DNA of 64,000 bases, from contig NW_026250426.1 of assembly GCF_024521635.1 (NCBI RefSeq), forward strand, positions 186,001 to 250,000, given 5' to 3'. This DNA comes from Tricharina praecox. Lineage: Eukaryota. Below, in pieces: positions 12,365 to 24,422 of this stretch (the first letter of the stretch is position 1; each line of letters opens with the position of its first letter). The notes below the pieces were generated by a model. The model saw nothing but the letters and a program-made list of their open reading frames with translations. It was not told the origin of the DNA and made no database searches. The translations under genes were made by a program, and so were the position numbers.

Positions 12365-13983
12365 ATGCCTGCGCTCCCACCAAGCCTGTGGGGCCCCTGG
12401 CCGGCGGGTCTCCTCGCCCAAGGCCCCATCGAAGTTGCGCCGTCAGCGTTTGTATTCAACACCCAGCAGCCGCCAGAGATCGAGACGTACGCGCTCGCTG
12501 TAGATGATGGCGACCAGAGTATGCTTGAGGTTGTTGAGGTCACCACGCTGACTAGCTTGACCACCCTGTTCATGCCCTTGGATGGCGACGAGTTCGTCGT
12601 CGACATCGAGATTCCGGACTCGTCCCCTGCGCTACCAGCTCCTACCATAGTCGAAAAGGAGAAGGAGGATGAGGGGAAACCTGTGGAGTCTCCAGCCGCA
12701 ACCCCCGAATCGGGAGAGTTGCGCCGCCGCAGCCTCGGGCTCGAGAAAAGGGACCCGAACCCAGATCCTAGTATTCTCCCCTCCTACCAATCCCTCACGA
12801 GCTCTCACTCACACATTGCAGACTTTTGGGAAACGCTCAAGGGCTGGGGAGCAGCGATGAACCCAGCGCGCCTCTGGCGCGGCGGCAATGACGCCGTCGT
12901 CGCCGCCCCGGCGGAAGTCGGCGGCAGATTTGAACCGGTAACGCCCACATGAGAGGAGCCGCCGTCGCGCGTGTAGACCCACCCCTACTACCCAACCACC
13001 CCCGGTACGAATAGTAACTCGTCGGGCAAAGGGACACTGCCGGCACGGGCACGGCGGCTATCCGCCCATGGGGTACTACGGCGGTTCCGATGGCAGTGCT
13101 AACTACGTATTCGACCCCCAGCGGACTTTTCCCGCGCCGCCGAACAGCGAGTTCGGCTGGCCGATCATGTCGTCCGAAAACGGCGACTTCCTGCCCCCCG
13201 GGTACCCGCAGACGAAGGAGGGCGAGCTCGCGTACTGCGAGCAGGCACGACGGGTCACCAATAGCCCTTTCCGTGCGCGCATCGAGGCGCAGATGGAGGC
13301 GGAAAGGAACGGCGACGCGACTTATGGCCGCATATATGGCCTCGATGGAATCCGCCCGGTCGACTACAGGTCCGACACGACCGGGTACGGCACCTCGCGC
13401 GGTGGAAGTACCCGAGGTAGCGAGTCTTCTGCCGCTGGCAACAGTGCGCCCGCCCCCTTCCAGCTGCTTCCTGCGGACTGACGCCGTAACGCCCCCCGCA
13501 GTCCCCCCGCCAAACACCCCCAACCGCTGGCAAGACCCCTACTGGCGTGACTTCCGCAATGCTCCTCCCCCTGTGTCGATGACTTTCTCCTCCTCCTCCC
13601 CCCAGCGCACGCCTGGCCGTCTCCACCCCGACCGCATCTCAAGATTTGAGGGACTGCCCCTGATGGGAGCGCCGATGCCAATGAAAGGCCCACAGCTTGG
13701 TAGACGCGACATCCCGTTCTATGTCGACGAGTTGGGAGGTGCCTAACCCTTCCCTCCTGCCCCCCTCTGTACCTTTGACACTCTAACAACTCAAGGTTCG
13801 CCCAACAGCCTAGCCGCCGCGCCGCACCCCATCGCTCTGCTCGCGAGTATAGTCCTCCTCGGCATAGTCCTGTTCCTCTGCCTGGGGTGGTACATGCTCT
13901 CGACCCGATGCCGCCGCAGCAGAAGGAAGGGTCCAGCACGAAAGCTAAAGACCGATTACGAAGAGAGAGTGTACCACGTATAG
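12365..13983 (+). CDS. Uncharacterised Pro-rich protein with a C-terminal transmembrane helix (about 5 exons)
   Basis: ORFs 12365, 13068 and 13090 join through candidate introns 12771-12821, 12938-13031, 13417(or 13444)-13501 and 13739-13795. The last exon encodes IALLASIVLLGIVLFLCLGWYML followed by basic RCRRSRRK, with stop at 13981-13983. TATA-like GTATAAG lies near 12280. Confidence 0.6.
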
Positions 13984-16071
13984 CCTGCTTGCTTTGATTT
14001 AAATATTTTTTTGAACATCACGTGCCATCACTCACTCCATCGACCGAGTGACATGTCCGTGATGCATTGCCTTGTCGGCCCTTGTCGGCCGGCCAACGGT
14101 CAATGGTCAACCCGTCCCTGTCTTCAGTCATCCACCAGTCACCAGTGCGTACCAGTCACCAGTCACCATCAGTTGCTATCCTACCCCAACTCAGCCCCCC
14201 CGCCCCGCTCCGCTTACGCGAAGCATATAGCCGACCTTATGAGTACTGTATGTAAGTGCGGACCCCACACCCCGGCAGTCAGCACTACCTACATACCACC
14301 CTCCACCCTCCAGCACTACCACCAGCAGCAGCACCACCACCCACCAGGGCAGTGCAAAGTCGTGGGATGTGATGTATGATGTGCGCCAAGGAATAATAAA
14401 AAAATTTCTTCACGGACTGTGAGTCACACACCTTGCACTGGGCACTTTGCACCTACACCTTGCACCGTGCACCCTATGTAGAGTACTTTACCGTACCTCA
14501 GAAGAAGCAGGAGCTGGGAACCATGAGAGGTAGCAGACGGGAAAGCAGTAAAACGTTATCGATTAACTATGAAGTGGATAGAGGATGGGATAGGGATATA
14601 CTCGTAGAGTAACAATGTAGAGTGGGTATAGTAGAGTAGAGTGCCTAGGTCCCGGATGTGCTGCACTCTATTGTAGAGTCTAGATACTCTAGATAGCTGT
14701 CTCGAGGCTGTGCTGTTCTGTGCTATGCTGTGCAGAGAACAGGTGGGTAGGTGGGTAGCTACCTGGTAGCCAGGTAGGTAGTTGTGTGCGTACGCAGTAC
14801 TACGTACACCAGGCGTGAGGCCGGTGGGCTAGGTACCGGTATGTACCGGCGAAGCCTCGGGGCATTTGCTCCTCTAGGCTCAGGCTCTGCAACCAGAGCC
14901 TGAGCAAGAACCAAAGCCAGAGCCAGAGCCAGAGCCAGAGCCAGATCAGACAGAGCCGTATCGCTGGCCAGCCACAGTGACCGACCAGTGGGGTACTCTA
15001 GTTAGGAGGGGAAGGGGGGAGAGAAGACGGCAACTGCCTCGATCTCGTATCTGCTGGCTGGCTGGCTGGCTGGTTGGGTTGGAGGGATGGATGGCTGCGT
15101 TAACTCGTTAACTAACTAGGCGGCAGTGGAGTGGAGTGGAGTGGAGAGTGGAGAGAGAAGCGGGGTGGAGTGGAGGGCTCAGGAGGATACGAGGTGGCAG
15201 ACTTATGGCTCGTCCGGTCGGTCGGTCGTGATGATTCTCGGGATCGTCAGCTCACAAGAGTCCGGTAGGTAGGTAGTCGGGGGCCCAACTTCTGCGACGG
15301 TATTGTTGCTGTAGTGGTAGTGGTGGTAGTGGTGGTGGTCAGCAGGCATACGGTAGGTATACGACGACAGTATGTCAGTATGTAATAGTGGAGTAACGAC
15401 TCACGAGCACCCATGCGGTTCGAACCAATCTGTAGAAGGCTGCTTGCAGGAGACTCGGCTCACCTATCACGCAATGCCGCTCCGACGATCGGTAGAGTGC
15501 CATCACCGCACTCCCAACCGCGGGAACGGTCGTCGACTTGCTTTTAATCCGTGCGAGCGAAGCCTAAATATAAGCTGCGACAGAGACATCTTCAGCTGCC
15601 ACACGGCCATCGTCGTCATCGTCAACACCACTGCGGCCTGTGGCTGCCGCGTGTAGCAAAGAGGAAGCATGAAGCACAGCGTCCCGCACGGTAAGACCAA
15701 GATAGTGAGCGAACGAGCGAACCATATATATTCCTAAACCCTAGATCCCCACCTAATCCGGAAACAAACGACAATCCACAGCCACGGACACAAGGCGAAG
15801 GCCGCGAGGAACAGACGAACAGGAAAGCTAAACAAAAACTGAAATCAAAAGAAGGTACACCGAGAGACAAATCCCGCCAAAGACCCCTAACCAATACGCA
15901 AAAGACATTACACCCACGCAACCATGAAACTGCTGGTTTTGATACTGTGAACATCAGACGTAGTAAAGCACGAATGATAAAAAAAGGTAGGTATCCACGC
16001 CGCTCAATGGTGCGGGGAGACCCCACCACCACCACGATAGAACGCCTTGAGGATTTCCTCTTGGAACTATT

Positions 16072-18306
16072 CTATCGAACGCCTTGCGGAATTCCTCCAT
16101 GACCATCCATTTCCCAGCCAGATCGAGCACGCTTGCCACATCTTTCGCCCATTGACGGAGACCCAATAATTGGGCTACCAGCGTAGCGCATAGTCGGGCT
16201 CGTGAATCCCGCCAATCCCCTAAACTTCGGTGTCACACCGGAACTCCCACTCGTGGAGTGGGAACTGCTGTCCGTAGCGCTCGGGCACGAGCGTTTACGT
16301 CCAATTGACGAAAGGGTTGGCGTTAGCGATCCGACGCTGGTTGCGGGAGAGGGAGCCTCGCGGAGAAGGTTCAGGGCCCATGCAGCCTCGGTGGACTTGG
16401 GAGACGCCATGACTAGGCGGTGCTGCTGCTGCGGTGAGTTCATCGGCGCAAGCCTTGCGGGAGAGCCCATGGGAGTATAAGCGATGATGTTCGGCGAGGA
16501 AATTGCGGCTGTGGAGCATTTGACAGCAAGGCGATGCATGCCCAAACTGTCTTGTCGTTTGAATGCCGGTACGCTAGCGCTCGCCAGAGTGGGCACCGAT
16601 TCAGCCTCGTCGCACCGTGGAAGGCATGTCGCCAGATTACTCCTCCGGGGTGACAGATCGTCAGCAACACTGGTGATTGACCTCCGCCTGCCCGTCTCGG
16701 CGCTGGGATAAGCCTCCTGAGCACACCCGGAAAGAGCGGAACTCATTGCGCTTCTCGCAACACTAGCCATAGAGTTCACTTTGGACGTCGAAATTCCCAT
16801 AGCACTGTTCAATCTGCTTCCAGCGTTCACACTCGCTGCAGGAGTGTGAACGTTGGAAACGGAACTGACAAGACGTGGGCGGGCCGACTGGTGCAGATGA
16901 TGCAGCGCCGTGAAAGCGTTCGATCTCTGTTGTTGCAGCTCGAGGCTGCGGGGCACAGGTAGGGCAGGTGTGGGCATTGAGTGTGTCTTTCGGAGGGTAG
17001 GCGGCGGCGGTGGCGGTGGAACGGACACGAGAGGGGGACCGAATTCGACCTGCGATGCCAACGGCCTCGGCTGAGCGATCTCCGAACCTCCAACGTCCGC
17101 CTCATGCAAGTCAGGTGATAAGCACAGTATCAATCCACACCATTCCCGCTTCCGCATTTCCTCGTCGCTCCAGGGACTCGATCTGTTGGGCGAAACCGGT
17201 GACGGCGATGGTGCCGAGGTGTACTTCAGTACCAGATCCGTCCACTTCTGAAAGACCATCTCCGACATGTGAAGTTTCCAATCGACAGCCTTCAAGAATG
17301 CCATCTCGTTGACGTTGATCTCCTGCGTATTGAGGCCAGAGATTTTACTCCACGCCCGGGCAGAGTAATTCCGGTCCTGCAAGTACTTTGATGCAAGGAT
17401 CAATGCAGCGAGAAACATCCTGCGGCCGCATTGCTTAGCGCGGACCAGCTGTGCCTCCTCGGCGTTAAGCTCGCTGTCTTGGTAATCCATGCCCGGAAGA
17501 TGGGGTCGGATAACGATCAAGTAGTAGAGCGCGACTTGTAGAGTCGAGTAACTGGTTCGCGATCGCCGCAAAGTCTCCTGGATGAAAGTCCGCAATGGTA
17601 GAACTCCATCCTTCGGCCCAGACTGGGCAGTGACATACTTGGGCGGTTGCCAGATTGTCTCCACGATTTGCGCTGCGGAATCTTCAGAAAAAAGCTTAGC
17701 CTCCATCCATCCAATAATGCATCTTGAGCGAATTCATTCGTATTATCTTCCAGTTTTGATCTTTTCATTGTTTTTTCATCTTTTTTTTTCATCTCTTCCG
17801 AGTGTGTTCTCTCTATACGTACCGACAAGGTTCTCGACGAAGTTGACTTTCCTGTCTGCTTGGCGCTGCAGGGTAGGGACCGGCGGCATCACGCAACCTT
17901 CCGCGGCAGAGCATGGATTTCCATTGTTGGCTTCCAAGAGTCGGTTTGTCCTTCTGGGATTCTGCCTTTGCTCTATGGGCAACGGTTTCTGAGAAATGTC
18001 CAACGCCGGACATGGGTGAGGGTGCCGTACGCCCTGCTGCTGCTGATCGATGGAGCCTCTGGGAGTCGGCGCTGTAGCGCGTCTTCGTACATCAGGTCCT
18101 AGGATCGATTGCGAGGAGAGTTGCGGTAGTATCGCGGTCGATGGCGCCGAGAAGTTGTCTATGGTCGTCGAGGCCACACTGGTAGCATTCGAGGATGTTG
18201 TTGACCGAGCCGACCAAACCGACGACGTGCCGGACGAGACGGACAACACGGAGGGTGTCGGTGATGGTGGGTATGAGATCGCCTGGGGGGTAGCGACTAA
18301 GGTCAT
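16072..18306 (-). CDS. Pho85-type (Pcl/Clg1/Pas1-like) cyclin
   Basis: Cyclin box LRTFIQETLRRSRTSYSTLQVALYYL...CGRRMFLAALILASKYLQDRNYSARAWSKISGL...EINVNEMAFLKAVDWKL. Intron 17822-17682 joins RKVNFVENLV to DSAAQIVETIW. Long Ser/Pro-rich C-terminus. Confidence 0.92.
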
Positions 18307-19083
18307 ATTGATTTTGAAAATAATGCTAAGCGCACAAGGTGTGGTACGAGTAAGAAGGATACAAAAGAGTAGATTGAGTGGAGATTCAGAGGCGTTGGGC
18401 CTAATGTAGAGGTATGTTCGAAGACCTGTAATCCGTCCTTAAGGTCGAGTTGAAGGCCGACTGTTTCAGGAAAATTGGTCGAACCGGAGTTATAGTCGAG
18501 TGATCGGAATCAAAACCTCAGATGTTGTGGGGTGATGATCGGTGTGGCGTGGCCGGAATATTCCCCTCAGAAGGCGATATATCCAGATTTCTCGGCGGGA
18601 GAGCGATAGTGCTAATCCGCCAGGTTCGAATGACAGAAAGACGCTCTGTCTCCTAAAGATGGTGATGTGATGATATTGAGGAAAAACCCAAACGCGCCCA
18701 ACAAAGTCGAAAAGACACCGTCAAATGCCCAAAAATGAGAATCCGGTTAAAAAAAACGGCCGACGAATAAGCAAAAAAAAATGGGCGATCAAGATCCGAC
18801 CTGTACGAGGGGTGTCGGATTTGCAATAAACAAGAAGTCGAAAAAAAGTCGAAATTAAATCGGACAGTTCAGGTCGGAAAAAAAACCTGCCAAATCCGCG
18901 CGAAGAAGAAGTAGTAGTAGGGAAACCGTGACTCCTCGGACAACCAAGACTCCAATCAGCAGCAAACACGAAAAACAGATTCCGAGATTCCTAGGTAAAT
19001 TGTTGCGGGTGATGATTAATCTGCAAGAAAAGGGTTTCTTCTTTGGCAAATTAATCGGGTGGGTGTAACAAAGAATCTAGAAA

Positions 19084-19266
19084 TCAAAGGCCAGGCAACA
19101 GCATGGACGAATAAAAAGAAGGAGCGGTAGCGGTAGAGATAATCGAAAAAGAAGAAGCGGCGGCGGCGGTGCTCGGGGGGACGTAGGTACCAGGTGTGGC
19201 AACGGAAGGATAACGTGAGGCGAAGGTGGCGATGAATGGATATGCGTCGGAGGTGCACAAATGCAT
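19084..19266 (-). promoter_or_regulatory. Candidate uORF (60 codons) in the cyclin 5' leader
   Basis: ATG at 19266 and an in-frame ATG at 19104 are the only minus-strand ATGs I found between 18307 and 19924. Stop TGA at 19084-19086. Confidence 0.5.
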
Positions 19267-19794
19267 TGTGTCACTCCTCACGAGTGAGGCGGGAGGTTTC
19301 CGGCGGGTGAAGTGGTGGGCGTTTTTGTAAATGACTGTTGAGTCGAGGAGCGCGCTGAGCGAATCTCAGCACCTCGTGACGTTTGGAGGTGACGGGGGTG
19401 GGTTGCGGCGAACGGGGAGGACGCGGCGACGGGGTCTGTCGCGGGCGTTTGAGATTAGTGACGACGATAGACGAGTGAGTGGACAGTAGGAGGGTTTGAT
19501 CAGGTACCAGAAGAGCTGGAAGCAAGGCGGTGATGGGTGATTCCAGGGGGGGGGGGCGGTTATGTGGCGCGGGAGAGGGGCTGAGGATGTGACGACGCTC
19601 GTTCGGAGGCACTATGACAGATGGAGCCAAGTCTTAGGCGGTGGGGGGGAGGGGACACAAAGTGCGTACGTGACAGCCAGATACTCCGCCAGACTTCCAG
19701 AAAACAGACTTCTAGAGACTTCCGAATTCTTTTGTTCGGGGGCGGTGAATTCTATGCTGAGAATAGCAACTTGAGGCGGAGGGAGAGCGTCCTG

Positions 19795-19803
19795 CTATAT
19801 ATG
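19795..19803 (-). promoter_or_regulatory. Putative TATA box for the cyclin gene
   Basis: CATATATAG on the minus strand, near the upstream edge of the AUG-depleted, pyrimidine-rich leader. Confidence 0.4.
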
Positions 19804-22800
19804 AGTTCCAGTCAGACTGGTTTCGAAGCGATCGCAGCGGGGCAGGGATGGGGTGGGGAGGGCGATGTGAGGAGTGGGTATGATTTTCAGCGAGTGAGTA
19901 AGGCTCGAAGGCGGGAAGGCTGAACATCATGCCGACTTTCTTGGGTATGAGAGACGGGTGTGTGTGGGAGAGCGAGACGGGGAGGGGGGGTGGAGGCGGT
20001 GGAGTTTGTAGAGTAAGATTGAAAGATGAATCATGAGTGACTTGGGGACAAGCCATGCGAGAGTTAGCGGGGTGGCGAGACTTTGCGCGGGCGTGCGGGC
20101 GCAAAGCATCCGAATCCTAGGCATGAGTCTTTCCGTTCGATTGGAGGAAGACTCTCGCAAGGGCGGTCGCAGCAACCGCGGACAGACAGACAGGCAACAG
20201 CTGGCCTCAACACAAGAGCACGCGAACAAGAGCAAGAAATGGATGGATTGTGAATAATGAACTATAGACTCTGCTACGTACCACCGAGGATGAGCTGTTG
20301 AGTCTTTCAGTATTCGCGCGCGGATTGGATGGCAACGGGGCGGGTGGAGAATGTGAGAATGGCCGCGCGCAGACAGATTTCTTCGGCGAGCTGGCTGGCA
20401 ATGGGGGATGGGAGGGGGAACGGGAGGGGGGTGGAGTGGCAACGGAGAAGCGGGATTCGGGGGGGGCGAGACTGGGCGGAGAAGCGGGATACGTGGAACA
20501 GGACAAGATAGCGGGCGGACTGTTGACGGTTGAGTGTAAAATCGACTGGAACTGGGCGAGAGTCCTAACAGCCTGGGACACCGAACAGCAGTGAAGTCAT
20601 GATGGGTAACGGAGAACTGTGAGAAACAGGCGCTGGGTCAGCTTATGAGCGGAGGGCAACCGAGCGCGAAGGAGGGGGGAGACCCAGTAGAGTGACACAC
20701 TGCTGCTTGCTCTGCTACGCCATGGCCAGCAGTACTCCCACACACATACCGAACAACGCCGGAGTAATCAAATCCCACAGTCAACCTTCATATCCAGTCC
20801 GCAAATCCCCCCTCATATGCTTGTGGAGGACAACCGACGTCTAGAGCTCCATGTTCTCCAGCGACCATGGTGGATAGTGGTCGCGCTACGTCCTGCCAGC
20901 CAGTCGGCCCGTTCTACATAGAGTGTGGACAGATGCGTGCCGATACACTTGAGAACGAGGGAACGAGGGACGAAGGATCGAGGAAAATTAAAGAGCCGGG
21001 ACTCCATCGCTGCACCAGCCATCGTGTTCGACGGCGGCGGCGGCGGCGGCGGCGACGTCGTCTGGCTGACTGGCTTGTTTGATCGACGCACACGGCAGCG
21101 TGAGTCGGGACTTGGAGAATCTTGCAATCGCCACTTCTCCGAGATGCTCTTTCTTTCGACTTTGGCGTCTTTTCAGGACGACAACGAGCACTCGATCTCC
21201 CCCCGTTTGCGATGCATGAATTGTCAGACCATGATTCGCTACACATAAAGGCCCCGGCTCAGCTCGCGCACGCTGTGCATATGCATCTCTCAGTGCATCT
21301 TAAGTCTGCAGAAGCCTGATACCTATGTGGCCCACGGCCATGAACTCAGCCATGTCCAATTTACCTTCATAAGTACCTATGTTGCGGCTGCGGGTTGTGC
21401 AACGGATCCGATGGTAACTGGCAGCTCGGACTACGTAAGACCACTGGCCGGAGGAATAATAATAACAATGCACGCAGGTGAGCGGAATGAATATCACTCG
21501 CTCGGTGCTGTGATGACTCCAACACACATACCCAAGTGGTAACCACCGACTCGAAATCCTTCAATAAACCACTCAGTATCCTCGTCCCCCACCCACCCGT
21601 CACATCATCCATTCATCTGGAGTCAGTCCCAAGCCATCTGTCTGTCTGTCCGTCTGTCTGTCGGAAGGCTGGGCTGGAACCATACACACTCACAAAAGAG
21701 TGCGAACAGAGGACAAAGAAGCTTGAAACTCCGCTTCTCGGGTCCGTATCAGCCTTACTATCGTACATACCCCATTGGCCCGTCAAAACCGGCCGAAATA
21801 GCTCTATCCCTGGAAGCCGCGCTTTCTAGACGAACTCCCCGCCTTCTTTGTTTAGTTTCGATACGGCAGAGCCGCCCTGCTGTCTGCTGTCTGGTGCTGC
21901 TGCTGCTGCTGCCTGGCTCGTGGCGTTCGAAGCCCAACCCAACCCCTTCCTCGCCAGCTCCTCCTCGTCTTGCCCAACTGGCTGATCGATCATGCCTTCT
22001 CCGTTCTCCCCTAGCCGGCCTGACTCGCCTAACCAGCTCGTTCCGCAATATTCGGCTCTGCTAACATTCCGGTGGAGTCCCGCTCAGGCTGACAGCCCGC
22101 CGAATTTGGTCCTGTCCCACCGTCCCACGCATTCGAAGCACACAACAGGACCTTTTCGTGGAGACCTGAAGCAACGTGGGGTAAGAGTGGTGGTGGTGGA
22201 GGTAGAACCGTGGGACGGTGGGAGGGAGTCATACTCATACATCGCTGCTGACCTTAGTTTAGCATGATTTCCCGATCCCTGTCCCACTACTACATGCCCA
22301 TTCCGCTGACGCCAGCCCTGTCAATCGCGGGTGATGATTGGACGATTCGCTTTCTTGATGCAGATTGACATCAGGAAAAGGGATTCGTGAGAGCGTGTGG
22401 TGTGGGTGCGTGTGAGTCACTCGTTCTCCTTGTCCGCCTGCCACGCTACATACCCTACGCTAAAACACAGGGTAGTTAGTGGCTGGCCAAAGGAGAGAGC
22501 GGCGGACAACATGACGATGGTGACTGGTGCCTACTCTACTCTACATACCAGCCATATTTGCCCTTTTCTTTTTTCACTCCTCGGTTGCGATGCCTGGTTA
22601 GGCAACTCCATTTTTGTATCCGAAATCTTGGGATGAGGCTGAAGGAGGGAACGAGACGCACGGCGCAGGTACCGATATCACCACCAGCAGCACCACCACC
22701 TCCATCACCACCACCACTTCGTTTCCTACACCACCGCCCATTCACGAATCGGAAGGAAAGGCCCATCGAGGGTTGAGCGCAGACGGGACGATCCATCATC

Positions 22801-24379
22801 TCATCTGACATATTGCGGCTCATCTCTTCGACACAAGTAATCCACGTTGTGCTTCTACACTAGGTTACATACGAAGGAAGCGGCTGCCTGTGTCTATATC
22901 CGTGTCTGTGTATCCAGACCGGAATGACAGTAACTATCCGGACCGGAATGACAGGAGATCACCGCAAGAGACTCGACAAAACCGTTGCGACATAACTTCC
23001 TAGAGTATGATATGCATAGGAACGCGCAGGCCCACCGGAACAAGCCGTGAAACGGTTCGCGGCGCGGCGCGGCAAGGTACTCCTCTACTCTACGGTACCA
23101 TCGCCGTCCGTCCGCTTCCCCTCTCTTCCGTTCTCGCTGTTGCCTGGAACGGAACAGGAGACTCACGAGGCCAAAGATACTCTGCACACATACACATGAC
23201 AAGGACCAACGTTTCAAAACAAAATCCTTGTTACACCTGTACACCTATATAGATGGACGAAGTGGAGTCGAGCCGAATAGTTCTGGATTGGAAAGCCGGA
23301 TAGGGCGAGACCTTAACTTGACGGGGGGAGGGGACGAGGGTTGGTGGCTATTACTTACGCAGCCCGTCCAAATCCGGACGCCCCACGTGAACGGTGAAGC
23401 GCGGCTTGACTCCTGAGCTCAGCCGCCGAGTTCACAGTTCAGAGTTGGAAGTTCAAACAGTTACATACAGGCTTACAGCGGCCGTCGCCCGTGAGACTTG
23501 AGTGAGGCAAAGATTTACTATGTTCTTACCCAGTGTCCACGCGGCTCTTATAGCGGTCGCCGGGGAAAAACGCAGCAACTTGTGAGCAAGCCCTTGAACT
23601 TCGTCGGCTTCCGCTTCGTAGTAAACAACGATGAGAACCAGGTACCAGGTATATGTACCTATGTAGATAGTTATCGGCGAAGCCGAAGATCGGACCCGTG
23701 GCCTAATTCTCCCTAGTAGGCAGTCAAGCAACACGGAATTTCCCATATTATATCATACCTGGTGCAAATAATTACTTACATACTCCACGTCTCATACAAA
23801 TCTGTGCTGTGTCAGAAGTGCCTTCCCCTCCTCCAAGTCTACGACGACGACGACCTTACGTCGCCGGCCTACCTTCTCCTTTCTTGGACAAGTCGAGGCG
23901 AGTGATACCCCGTGCATGGCCTCGGTAGAGTACCTAGCACCTAAAGTACCGCAGAGTACTTTGATAAATACCGGTAGAGTACCTAACGTACGACAAATAG
24001 CCGCCGAGTCTCGCACTCATCCGACGTTTCGCTTCAGCACAGCTCCAGTACTCTACAAGAAACCAAAACCAAAACCAAAACCAAACGTTCGTCCCGGAGG
24101 CTGGAGGCCGGAGCACTACCTCGGTTTCCTTCGTGAATTCCGATCGCAACGGCGGCGGCGGCGGCGGCGGCGGCGGTTTACCAGTAGGTCTGCGCTCTCA
24201 CTTGCGTGCACAGCCTCGTCCAACTACGTACAGTAACGTGCGAAACATTTTTTCTTTCGGGAAATCGATTCCCTTGTTGGGTCGGTTGGCGAAGACTCTG
24301 TTGGGACAAGATCCACTCTGTGTATACTCAGGACGGGGGCGTTGGAACTTGGAACTTGGAACTTGCGGCGTTACTCTAG

Positions 24380-24422
24380 GTGTGCGTGTGCGTGTGCGTG
24401 TGTGCGTGTGCGTGTGTGTGTG
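24380..24422. repeat. (GTGC/GT)n microsatellite, one of many SSRs in the gene-poor region
   Basis: gtgtgcgtgtgcgtgtgcgtgtgtgcgtgtgcgtgtgtgtgtg is read directly. (CGG)n tracts also occur near 21032 and 24150. Confidence 0.9.

Noticed and set aside
18307..18441. Near-cognate N-terminal extension of the cyclin (cpc-1-like)
   Set aside because: An in-frame TAA lies only 44 codons upstream of the ATG.
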